32,000 nt of DNA. Source: Nitrosococcus oceani ATCC 19707. Its GTDB lineage: Bacteria > Pseudomonadota > Gammaproteobacteria > Nitrosococcales > Nitrosococcaceae. The notes beneath the pieces are model-generated. The model was not told where the DNA came from and did not search any database. It saw only the letters and a program-made list of their open reading frames with translations. Positions 9,958 through 17,732 of this stretch are shown here, in pieces; positions within the stretch are counted from its first letter, which is position 1, and each line of letters opens with the position of its first letter. The stretch covers positions 600,001 through 632,000 of the forward strand of contig NC_007484.1 in the NCBI RefSeq assembly GCF_000012805.1, given 5' to 3'. The position numbers and the translations under genes are program-made.

Positions 9958-10030
9958 ATATAACAAATCACTGCACCTGACCGCTATTCCGCTGCGTTCC
10001 ATAGCGGCAAGTGAGCTTCGGCGGTTAGGC
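9958..10030 (+). repeat. attC site (73 bp)
   Basis: The site runs ATATAAC...GTTAGGC. Internal arms pair: TCACT/AGTGA and CCGCTAT/ATAGCGG. Unpaired bases sit on the 5' arm. Confidence 0.8.
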
Positions 10031-10106
10031 GCCAAATGCCAACGGAATTGAGTATCCGGAGTAAAGTGAATTACGTTCTGGACGCGGAGAGAAATGGGAG
10101 ACACTT

Positions 10107-11528
10107 GTGAAAAGACCTGACTACTTGTCATCCGGCGAGCTCGGTCGCCTGATCCCTGTAGCGACAAAGCCCGAGCTCAGAAATACCTGCGTCACCTCAG
10201 CCATGCTCATGGCTGTTGAAGAATTCGCAGAGGCGCTTTTAGGGGCTTTGGGTGCCCCAACCGGCAAACGCGCCAAAACTCACGTTTGGCTTGAACCGGT
10301 GTTTAAATCCTCCAAAAACGACAACAAAGATCGTCCGGATGCCCTGATTATCGTAAATAACGGTCGGCGGGAATGGCGAGCGTTAATGGAGGCGAAGGCC
10401 AAGGGTGCTGATCTGGATGCCGACCAAATTGAGTGCTACTTGGACATCGCCAAAGTCCAAGGTGTGGATGCCGTTGTGACCATTTCCAACCAGTTTGTTG
10501 CAACGCCCACTCAATCGCCCTGCGACATCAACCGGCAGAAGTTGAAAAAGGTGGCTCTGTTTCACTGGTCGTGGTCTTTCCTTCAGACAGAAGCAAAAAT
10601 TCAGCTTTCAAAGAGCGCGGTTTCTGATCCAGATCAGGCTTACATGCTCGAGGAGTACGTCCGCTACCTCGAACACGATTCATCTGGTGTCAGTGAATTC
10701 GAGCAAATGGGCAAGGAATGGGTCGAAGCTTGCAAGCTCTATTTCGCTAAATCCAAACTCGACAAAAAATCCCCGATGGGGGCTGCTGTCGTAAGCGACT
10801 GGGACGAGCTGATGCGTTGTACCGCTCTCCTGATGAGTCGAAATTTGGAAACAAACGTGACGACGGTGCTAAGCGCGAAGGAGAGGAAAGATCCGAATGG
10901 CCGTTCGGAGTCCATGCAAAGTTCGTTTGTTTCTTCGGGGGAACTTAAAAGCCGATTGGAAATTCCCGATGCGGCTTCGCCAATTTCTGTTGAAGCGGAC
11001 CTGACCCGACGTTCTGTTACGGTTTCTATGACCGTAGATGCGCCAAGGGACAAGAAAAGGGCTCCTGCAACGGTTACATGGCTGCTGCGCCAACTCGTCA
11101 AAACTGAGGATGGCAGCATTATGTTGGTTGCCAAATGGCCAGGCCGCACGCAGGACACTTGTGCAGAACTCGTAAAAGTTAGAGAAGACGTCGATGCTTT
11201 GGTGGGGGATAGAAAAGGTCAACTCCCTCGCACTTTTGAAATACGGGCAGTATCGGACCTCGGTGGAAAATTCACGCAACGGCGTAATTTCGTGCCGGAA
11301 TTGGTGTCGTGCGTCACGCGATTTTATGAAGCCGTCGGGCAGTATGTTGTTCCGTGGCAGGCACCTCCCCCCAAGCCCAAGAAGCCGGTACAAGTAGAAG
11401 AATCCTCTGAAGAAAGTACAGGCCCAGAGGCTGGAGAAATCAGTGCCCAACAAATCGCTCCAGGTGCGTTTGAGGCGTCGGCTATTTTTGCATGCGCAAA
11501 AATAGCCGACGCCTCAAACGTCACCTGA
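10107..11528 (+). CDS. Uncharacterised 473-aa protein with an N-terminal PD-(D/E)xK (Mrr-like) nuclease motif (cassette 2)
   Basis: DRPDALIIVNNGRREWRALMEAKAKG gives PD...E-A-K, followed by VDAVVTISNQF. The C-terminal roughly 270 aa is not recognised. GTG start with GGGAG 6 nt upstream. Confidence 0.6.
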   Translation: MKRPDYLSSGELGRLIPVATKPELRNTCVTSAMLMAVEEFAEALLGALGAPTGKRAKTHVWLEPVFKSSKNDNKDRPDALIIVNNGRREWRALMEAKAKGADLDADQIECYLDIAKVQGVDAVVTISNQFVATPTQSPCDINRQKLKKVALFHWSWSFLQTEAKIQLSKSAVSDPDQAYMLEEYVRYLEHDSSGVSEFEQMGKEWVEACKLYFAKSKLDKKSPMGAAVVSDWDELMRCTALLMSRNLETNVTTVLSAKERKDPNGRSESMQSSFVSSGELKSRLEIPDAASPISVEADLTRRSVTVSMTVDAPRDKKRAPATVTWLLRQLVKTEDGSIMLVAKWPGRTQDTCAELVKVREDVDALVGDRKGQLPRTFEIRAVSDLGGKFTQRRNFVPELVSCVTRFYEAVGQYVVPWQAPPPKPKKPVQVEESSEESTGPEAGEISAQQIAPGAFEASAIFACAKIADASNVT

Positions 11529-11543
11529 TCTCGGTCGTTATAC
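11445..11543 (+). repeat. attC site (99 bp) embedded in the 3' end of the preceding CDS
   Basis: GCCCAAC (a perfect RYYYAAC) at 11445-11451 and GTTATAC at 11537-11543. The 5' box AACAAATCGCTCCAGGTG closely matches the other sites (AACAAATCGCTGCAGTTG). The centre is a perfect 25-bp inverted repeat (11467-11491 / 11496-11520) with a 4-nt loop. Confidence 0.7.
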
Positions 11544-11678
11544 GCCAGCAATATTGGCTAAGGAACAATATGCATTTTGATCAAAACGATTATCCAAAAA
11601 TAAAAGCTGCTTGTTGAGAATAAAGAGCAAATTGAGTTCGTCGCGCCAAAAGCAATAACCGGCTTTGCTGATAGCGAT

Positions 11679-11888
11679 GTGGAGGTTCCAGACGAGTGGC
11701 AAGCGTTCCCACCGGCACTTCTACCTCCCCAGGGATATGCGGAGGTATTTATCTATTCAGGCAATGATGCCCGAGATGCTTTAACACGGTTGGAGCTAAT
11801 CGTTCACCTTGACGGCGGAAGCATCTTATACAAAAAAGCCGACTCTGATTCGGTTGGAATTAGAGTAACTTGGCCTGATGAAGCATAA
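11679..11888 (+). CDS. Hypothetical 69-aa cassette protein
   Basis: GTG-initiated ORF whose TAA stop lies inside the GCATAAC box of the next site, as is typical for cassette ORFs. No recognisable family. Confidence 0.4.
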   Translation: MEVPDEWQAFPPALLPPQGYAEVFIYSGNDARDALTRLELIVHLDGGSILYKKADSDSVGIRVTWPDEA

Positions 11889-12029
11889 CGAAACGCTGCA
11901 GTTGACCGCCCAAAGCGCTGGCGCGCTTTCGCCTCGCGAACAACCGTTCGACGGGAAGAACCTTCTGCATAATCAGATGCCGCACATCCATTATCCAGGA
12001 GAACCCGCCGGTCAACTCCCCGATTATGC
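11883..12029 (+). repeat. Long attC-like site, copy A (147 bp; conserved module 11934-12029)
   Basis: The 5' half is canonical (GCATAAC gaaacgctgc AGTTGACCG). The 3' part is the conserved 96-nt module ending CGGTCAACT ccccg ATTATGC. AGTTGACCG pairs with CGGTCAACT, and GCATAA pairs with TTATGC. Confidence 0.65.
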
Positions 12030-12055
12030 CACAGAATCAAAAAGAGCCATGAAAG

Positions 12056-13751
12056 ATGGAAGCCTCAACAACTATTAGAAAGATGATGGCAGGCAACAAA
12101 ATTGTCGTACCTGCATATCAGCGTGCGTATTCGTGGGATACGCCGATGGAGAAATCAGACAGAAACACGCAAACAGATGTGTTCGTGTCGGATTTAGAGA
12201 AATACAGCAGAAGTAACGCAACTAGTCCCTATTACTTTGGGCCATTTCCTTTTTGAGGAGAAAACACAAAAGTTCAATGTAATAGACGGCCAGCAACGCT
12301 TAACAACCATTGTCATTTTCTTATCGGTCCTGTTTGCCCAGCTGAAATCAATAAGAGATTTATCGGAGGAAGAAGAAATATGCTATGAAGATATGGTGAA
12401 GAGGCGAAGCGCAATACGCTTTTGGACTGTTGACTACGATAATCAATTGTTCATTGACTATGTAATAGACCAAAGCAAGTCTGAACATAATGGCCTTGAA
12501 ACGGAATCGTCACGACGAATCGTCAGCGCATTCGACTTTTTCAAAAATCATCTTTCTGATAAACCAGAAGAGTATCTAACAAAAATGCTGTTGATTGTTG
12601 CTGGGGCAGCTTGTACCACGCACCCGGTTCAAAATGAATCGGAGGCGATACAGATGTTTATCTTTCAAAATAGTCGCGGAAAACGACCGTCAAATCTTGA
12701 AATAGTGAAAGCCCAATTCATGCATCATGCTCACCTGCATGGGGGCGCCAAAGATGAAGTTGATTCGTTAATTGGTGAAATCAAAGGGCGTTTTGAAAAA
12801 ATCTACAAATCAATTTCTTCAATCGAATACAGAATTAATGAAGATGATGTTTTGCTATACACCTTGCGGGTTCACTTTAACTCGCTCTGGGAAACAAACT
12901 CTTTAGACAAAATCAACAAGATGTTGGCCGATGGAAATCCACTTGATTTCATCAAGTCGTTCTCGAGGTCGCTCTCGACAAGTTTTGAACATCTGTCACA
13001 GTTTTTTGGCAAGCATGAGAGAGAAAACTTTGCGATTCATTCTCTAATATCACTAGGCGGGATAGCTGTTGCGCTTCCATTTGTCATTAAGGCATACAGA
13101 TATGGCTTGTCTCTTGATCAAATTGGCAAACTTTGCTGGTCTTTGGAATCTTTAGTGCTTCGGCATCGTTTAATCGGGACAAGGGCAAATATTATTTCAA
13201 GAATCAACGATGTATTCGAGAAATTCACCGAAAGCAACAAAGACATTTCCCCAGTAATTGACCATATTGAATGGATGAAGACGACAGATGATTGGTGGTG
13301 GGCCTACTGGAACAATGACAGGTTGAAAGAATCCATCCAAGGAGGAATCAATCATTCAACCGCAAAATACCTTCTCTGGAAATATGAGGTTCATTTAGAG
13401 CAGCAGGGTAAAGCCGGTTATTCACCAATCCGGTTTGATAATATCATCAGTCCTGAGCTGGAACATATCGCCCCCACGACGGAACCTGAAAGTAAGCCCC
13501 ATGGCTATGATGATTATGACGATGAGTTCAGGAACCAATATCTAAACACTCTTGGCAACTACCTGTTGTTATCAAAGTCGCATAATTGCGCGGTTGGCAA
13601 TATTCTGCTTTCCCAAAAATTAGCCACATATACCCATAATGAACAGCAGAGAGAGGTGAGGAGCCTTGTTCCTAAAAACGGAATATGGAGCAAAGAAATA
13701 ATACAACAACGGAAAAATAAGATCATTGGTGTAATCATGATCATTTGCTAA
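12056..13751 (+). pseudogene. GmrSD-like DUF262/DUF1524 nuclease, frameshifted near 12239-12242
   Basis: ORF 12056..12256 (VPAYQRAYSW...SPYYFG) and ORF 12237..13751 (HFLFEEK..IDGQQRLTT...ELEHIAP...LGNYLLLSKSHNCAVGN) form one DUF262 (DGQQR) plus DUF1524 (His-Me finger) protein. It is split by a 1-nt shift in the TTTGGGCCATTTC run. Confidence 0.8.
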
Positions 13752-13756
13752 GAATA

Positions 13757-13829
13757 GCATAACAAAACGCTGCACTGGACGGGCTATTCCGCTGCGCTCC
13801 ATAGCCGCCAGTGAGCTTGGTCGTTAGCT
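13757..13829 (+). repeat. attC site (73 bp)
   Basis: GCATAAC...GTTAGCT with arms GGGCTAT/ATAGCC and CGCTGCACTGG/CCAGTGAGC. It is highly similar to the site at 9958-10030. Confidence 0.8.
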
Positions 13830-13844
13830 TTCAGAACGAGAAAT

Positions 13845-14807
13845 ATGGTGCAGAATTCAATATTTGTCGTAAATAAAGAGCCATACTGTATTTGGGAAAT
13901 TGATATGGCCGAAAGAAACGGTGAGTTTCTTGATGGAATCGACGTAAATTACTTTGATTATTTGCTTAATGTATACCTTGATTCTGAGGACGAAAAAAGA
14001 GCGGCTATTGCACTCAGGGCCACTCTGCATCATGCAATGGAAACTATGTTTTTATTGTTAGGCGCATACATTCAGGCGCCAGACTGTGCATATGCATGGA
14101 TAGCCAAATGCTCAAACAACGACTTACGGCAGTTAGTGAAAAATATTAGTGGCTATCACAATACGCTGTTTACAAAGCTTAATGTTAAACAAGTGTCATG
14201 GGAGTCTATTTCAAAATTAGTATTCCAATGCTACAAGCCCGATAGTGATAGAAACACACAAACAACAAAGTTATTTGCCTCACTATGGCAAAGATTAGCT
14301 CATGATTTAATTGATGCGAATCATGTTGACGAATATAACAGTATCAAACATGGGTTTAGGGTTCGTTCTGGGGGTTTTTCTCTCGCAGTAGGGTTGGAGC
14401 ATGAATATGGGGTAGCCCCGCCCGCTGAAGAAATGAAAATGGTAGGCTCATCCGAACATGGTTCTTCATTTTTTAAAATAGAACCTGTAGGGACATCAAA
14501 GCGCAATAGAAGCCTTAGATCCAAAAGAACCTCAATAAATTGGAAGATTGAAAAGGTTGCCTTACTTATTCAATTGGTATCAATGTCGATAAACAATATC
14601 GTTTCAGCATTGAAAATTGCCAATGGGGCAACTGCAGGCACATGCCAATTTCTGCGTCCTGAGGAAGATGCTGATTTCGATAAACCTTGGTCTTACTCTA
14701 CAGGCGTTACAAGCTGCAATATGGATTTTGTTATTAATGAAGATGATGTTGTTTCAACAACAAGAAATGAGCTATTGGAAAGACTTAATGAGCACAAGAA
14801 AAGCTAA
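13845..14807 (+). CDS. Hypothetical 320-aa cassette protein (AT-rich)
   Basis: Long ORF between two attC sites, with its stop in the AGCTAAC box. No confident family. It contains LRATLHHAME and YNSIKHG, weak HEPN-like strings. Confidence 0.6.
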   Translation: MVQNSIFVVNKEPYCIWEIDMAERNGEFLDGIDVNYFDYLLNVYLDSEDEKRAAIALRATLHHAMETMFLLLGAYIQAPDCAYAWIAKCSNNDLRQLVKNISGYHNTLFTKLNVKQVSWESISKLVFQCYKPDSDRNTQTTKLFASLWQRLAHDLIDANHVDEYNSIKHGFRVRSGGFSLAVGLEHEYGVAPPAEEMKMVGSSEHGSSFFKIEPVGTSKRNRSLRSKRTSINWKIEKVALLIQLVSMSINNIVSALKIANGATAGTCQFLRPEEDADFDKPWSYSTGVTSCNMDFVINEDDVVSTTRNELLERLNEHKKS

Positions 14808-14889
14808 CAAGGCAAATGCACTCGGACAGCAAAAAACGCCGCTCCTTCGTCGCTCTGCTTTTTGCTGTCGGTGATTTGCGGCGATAGGT
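14802..14889 (+). repeat. attC-like site with a degenerate 3' core (GATAGGT)
   Basis: AGCTAAC at the 5' end. Long arms GCAAATgCACtCGgACAGCAAAAA / TTTTTGCTGTCGGTGATTTGC carry three unpaired bases on the 5' arm. The 3' core reads GATAGGT rather than GTTAGGY. Confidence 0.65.
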
Positions 14890-14935
14890 CGGCGCTTCGC
14901 GCCGACCCATTATGGCTATTTTGGAGGAATTGAAT

Positions 14936-15376
14936 ATGGAATGCTTTATGGATCACATCGTTTTGAATGTGGAAGATAGCAAAAATATGATGGCCTTTTA
15001 TTCAAAAATACTCATGTTTGCACCCGAACGCCTGGAGGAATACGACGCGGGGAAGGTACCATTCCCGTCTATACGACTGAACTCGAATACGATCATCGAC
15101 CTGTTCCCGAAAAAGATGTGGCAGAAAGACGCTCGGGACGAGCAAAGTAGTGAGAACTTGAACCATTTCTGTATTGCTTTGAGTAAGGGGACGTGGCAGG
15201 AACTTTTAGAGCGACTTAAGGCCAATAACATTAATATACAAGAAGGACCTGTTCCACGATGGGGTGCGCACGGTACAGGAACATCCATCTATTTCCAAGA
15301 CCCGGAGGGAAACCTAATCGAAGCACGATATTATGAGGACAAAAATAATGTGGAAAAATGCCTCCTTGGTTCTTAG
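14936..15376 (+). CDS. VOC / glyoxalase-bleomycin resistance-dioxygenase family protein
   Basis: MDHIVLNVED...LNHFCIAL...GTSIYFQDPEGNLIEA matches the paired beta-alpha-beta-beta-beta VOC pattern. GGAGG lies 8 nt upstream of the ATG at 14936. Confidence 0.75.
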   Translation: MECFMDHIVLNVEDSKNMMAFYSKILMFAPERLEEYDAGKVPFPSIRLNSNTIIDLFPKKMWQKDARDEQSSENLNHFCIALSKGTWQELLERLKANNINIQEGPVPRWGAHGTGTSIYFQDPEGNLIEARYYEDKNNVEKCLLGS

Positions 15377-15419
15377 TCGACAAAAGTTGTTTTCGGACCA
15401 TTCCACACCGATGATATTC

Positions 15420-15596
15420 ACATAACCATGCTTTTGCAGCGGAGCAAAAAAAACTGCGCCCGCTAAAAAGCGACGTTACGGTTGCCTGCGCCGCTACGCG
15501 TCGCGAACAACCGTTCGACTGGCAGAACCTCCTGCATCATCAGATGCCGCACATCTATTATCCAGGAGAACCCGCCGGTCAACTCTCCGATTATAC
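15420..15596 (+). repeat. Long attC-like site, copy B (conserved module 15501-15596)
   Basis: The 96-nt module differs from copy A at about 7 positions by hand alignment and ends ATTATAC. The upstream ACATAAC box at 15420-15426 is a tentative 5' boundary. Confidence 0.55.
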
Positions 15597-15608
15597 GAGT
15601 AATCGAAT

Positions 15609-16133
15609 ATGGTAAATCTTGAGCAAATTCTCCGCGACCTTGATCTCTCCGCCATAGCGCCTGGAAGCGATAAGCTCGATGAATGCCGGTTTTTTCTTTC
15701 TGCATTGAAGTCGCAAACAGAACGTCAATTCTTCCGTTGGTATTTAAGCGCGTATCTTGGTGCGACTTATAGCTATCTGGAGATCAAGGCGCTTGAGCTC
15801 TATTTCTCATCCTGCGATCCAGAAAACGGCGAGTCGGTAAAAGACGAGGCCGGACTGTCAGTGCTTCGGGAGTACGTTCGCGTGTTTCAGGAAAAAAAGC
15901 GCCCAGATTTTATTAAGACTTCAGGAAAAGCTGAAACGGCAAAAAAACTATACGAGATCCGGAAACAAAATACGCACCTACGGGCATTACCGATAATGGA
16001 AGGTCCTGTGCACGATCAACAACAGCAGTTTCTCATCGGCGAATATCGTGAAAAAGGTATCCCCGCTGTTGAATTTTGCGAAGAAGTTCAAAGCATGCTG
16101 GACCAAATCGATGCTGTCCTTGCATCTGTATAA
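15609..16133 (+). CDS. Hypothetical 174-aa cassette protein
   Basis: ORF bounded by site B and the attC at 16128, with its TAA in the GTATAAC box. The composition looks alpha-helical. It contains YEIRKQNTHLRAL (an R-x4-H string). Confidence 0.55.
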   Translation: MVNLEQILRDLDLSAIAPGSDKLDECRFFLSALKSQTERQFFRWYLSAYLGATYSYLEIKALELYFSSCDPENGESVKDEAGLSVLREYVRVFQEKKRPDFIKTSGKAETAKKLYEIRKQNTHLRALPIMEGPVHDQQQQFLIGEYREKGIPAVEFCEEVQSMLDQIDAVLASV

Positions 16134-16202
16134 CAAATCGCTGCAGTTGACCGTCTAAAGCGCTGCCGCGCTTCGGTCGGCAACTGAGCTTGGGCGTTGA
16201 GC
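16128..16202 (+). repeat. attC site (75 bp)
   Basis: GTATAAC aaatcgctgc AGTTGACCG ... CGGTCGGCAACT gagcttgggc GTTGAGC. Confidence 0.8.
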
Positions 16203-16266
16203 CTTTTACGCAGGTTTCATATCATGAGGCATTGACGGTATGTAGCCAGAAGGCTACAGTTTGATT

Positions 16267-16555
16267 ATGCCTGAGATTCGCAAGACCGAAGCCTATGCCA
16301 AGTGGCTCGATGGTTTACGCGATATCCAAGCCCGAGCTCGTTTTAGTACGGGTGGAGCGCTTGGCAGCCGGAAATTCGGGGGATGTTAAGCCCGTGGGTG
16401 AAGGTGTTTCAGAGTTGCGGATCGATTACGGACCCGGCTATCGGGTGTACTATAAAAAGCAAGGCAAAAAGGTCATTATTTTACTAGCTGGCGGCGACAA
16501 ACGTTCCCAGGCCAGTGATATCAAGACGGCCTTACGCCTTGCTCGGAACCTGTAG
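16267..16555 (+). pseudogene. RelE/ParE-superfamily 'addiction module killer' toxin, frameshifted near 16339-16345
   Basis: Frame 1 from the ATG at 16267 reads MPEIRKTEAYAKWLDGLRDIQARAR. Frame 2 continues LVRVERLAAGNSGDVKPVGEGVSELRIDYGPGYRVYYKKQGKKVIILLAGGDKRSQ. Together they match the TIGR02683-type killer protein. The break lies at the T-run GCTCGTTTTAG. Confidence 0.75.
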
Positions 16556-16564
16556 GAACGTACC

Positions 16565-16918
16565 ATGACCAAGACTATGACTACCCCCTACGATGTCGCC
16601 GAGCACCTTCGCACGCCCGAGGAAATGGCTGCTTATCTAGAAGCTTGCCTTGAGGAGGCTGATGGGGACGCTGCATTCGTTGCCAAAGCTCTGGGCGATA
16701 TTGCCCGCGCCAAGGGTATGTCTCAGGTGGCACGTGATGCTGGTCTGTCCCGCGAAAGTCTTTACAAGGCACTTTCTGGCGAACGAAGCCCAGGCTTTGA
16801 CACAATTCTCAAGGTCATACGAGCCTTAGGCTTAAAATTGCATGCTGAAGCAGTTATCGTATTTGACTCAACGGCCCAACAAAGCGCTCCAGCCGAGGCT
16901 CGTGCCTCGCGCGGCTGA
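16565..16918 (+). CDS. Addiction module antidote protein (HTH, TIGR02684-like)
   Basis: YDVAEHLRTPEEMAAYLEACLEE.DG...AKALGDIARAKGMSQVARDAGLSRESLYKALSGERSPGFDTILKVIRALGLKLHAEA. The C-terminal tail runs into repeat C. Confidence 0.8.
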   Translation: MTKTMTTPYDVAEHLRTPEEMAAYLEACLEEADGDAAFVAKALGDIARAKGMSQVARDAGLSRESLYKALSGERSPGFDTILKVIRALGLKLHAEAVIVFDSTAQQSAPAEARASRG

Positions 16919-17050
16919 GTTTTGACGTTCGCGCCGCTGCGCATCGCTAACAACCGTTCGACTGGCAGAACCCCCTGCATAATCAGACGCCGTGCGCCTA
17001 TGTATGCAGGAGAACCCGCTCGTCAACTCCCCGATTGAGCTTGTAACCCG
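16908..17050 (+). repeat. Long attC-like site, copy C (conserved module 16954-17050)
   Basis: This is the most diverged copy. It ends ATTGAGC and has no clear ..TAAC 5' box. Its inner stem is CCTGCATA/TATGCAGG, where the other copies have CTCCTG/CAGGAG. The 5' boundary is approximate. Confidence 0.5.
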
Positions 17051-17075
17051 AGGCGTATCAGGTTACGATTCGTCC

Positions 17076-17354
17076 ATGATCAAGGGATTCCGACACAAGG
17101 GCCTGGAGCGCTTCTTCCGATCCGGCAGCAAAGCCGGTATCCAAGCCAAACACGCTGATCGGCTACGTTTGATACTGGCACGTCTGCACGCGGCGAATGG
17201 TTCGGAGGATATGGATCTACCGGGATTAGCGCTGCATCCTTTGAGTGGAGACCGTAAAGGCACCTGGTCGGTCCAGGTCAGCGGAAATTGGCGCGTTACC
17301 TTCATGTTTGAAGATGGCGATGCTTATGTTGTCGATTATGAAGACTACCACTGA
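17076..17354 (+). CDS. higB: HigB-like toxin (plasmid maintenance system killer family)
   Basis: [15 protein letters not shown]...[17 protein letters not shown]......[41 protein letters not shown] is the classic HigB-2 / PF05015 pattern. The start is taken at the ATG at 17076, not the ORF-track start at 16992, which lies in repeat C. Confidence 0.85.
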   Translation: MIKGFRHKGLERFFRSGSKAGIQAKHADRLRLILARLHAANGSEDMDLPGLALHPLSGDRKGTWSVQVSGNWRVTFMFEDGDAYVVDYEDYH

Positions 17355-17364
17355 GGTTGAGGCT

Positions 17365-17688
17365 ATGCGTATGCACAATCCCCCTCATCCCGGCGAAGTT
17401 CTGAAGAGCTTGTGTTTGGAACCGCTGGGATTGAGTGTTACAGAGGCAGCGGAAGCACTTGGAGTCAGTCGCAAGACGCTTTCCAGTATTCTAAACGGGC
17501 GAGCCGGCATCAGCCCGGAGATGGCCATTCGCCTGTCCATGGCGTTTGGTACGTCCGCAGAGAGCTGGCTGAATCAGCAGTCGATGTTTGATCTTTGGCA
17601 AGCCGAGCGACGCGGGCCAAAGCCGCGTGTCAGGCGATTCAAGCCTACTCATCGCGAGCCCAACAATGGGTTGGAGCCGACACACTGA
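17365..17688 (+). CDS. higA: HigA antitoxin (XRE-type HTH)
   Basis: [65 protein letters not shown]. It starts 10 nt after higB. Its C-terminal tail overlaps the next attC. Confidence 0.85.
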   Translation: MRMHNPPHPGEVLKSLCLEPLGLSVTEAAEALGVSRKTLSSILNGRAGISPEMAIRLSMAFGTSAESWLNQQSMFDLWQAERRGPKPRVRRFKPTHREPNNGLEPTH

Positions 17689-17715
17689 AGTGCGCGGCTC
17701 AACCCACCGTTATAC
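17658..17715 (+). repeat. attC site (58 bp)
   Basis: GCCCAAC aatgg GTTGGAGCCG ... CGGCTCAAC ccacc GTTATAC. The arms pair with one extra G on the 5' arm and both spacers are 5 nt. Confidence 0.7.
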
Positions 17716-17732
17716 CGGATGAGGATACATCA

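Noticed and set aside
11934-12029. Possible outward promoter inside the 96-nt module (TGCATA-17-TATTAT on the + strand; TTGACC on the - strand).
   Set aside because: The -35/-10 matches are poor (3/6 for the -35 on the + strand; 14-nt spacing for the good GATAAT on the - strand). This cannot be supported without transcript mapping.
15463-15705. Minus-strand ORFs crossing the long repeats (15463..15705, 16762..16980, 18667..19002, 11804..12040) share a peptide (IIGELTGGFSW.IDVRHL.MQEVLP.ERL). The + strand ORF 11878..12078 lies over copy A.
   Set aside because: The similarity comes from repeated DNA. Copy C has an in-frame stop (..AQSGS*) and indels in that frame. The differences between copies preserve base pairing rather than codons. 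None has an RBS.
16992-17075. The upstream 28 codons of the HigB ORF (MRLCMQENPLVNSPIELV...).
   Set aside because: They are encoded by the conserved module of repeat C. HigB homologues start at MIKGF.
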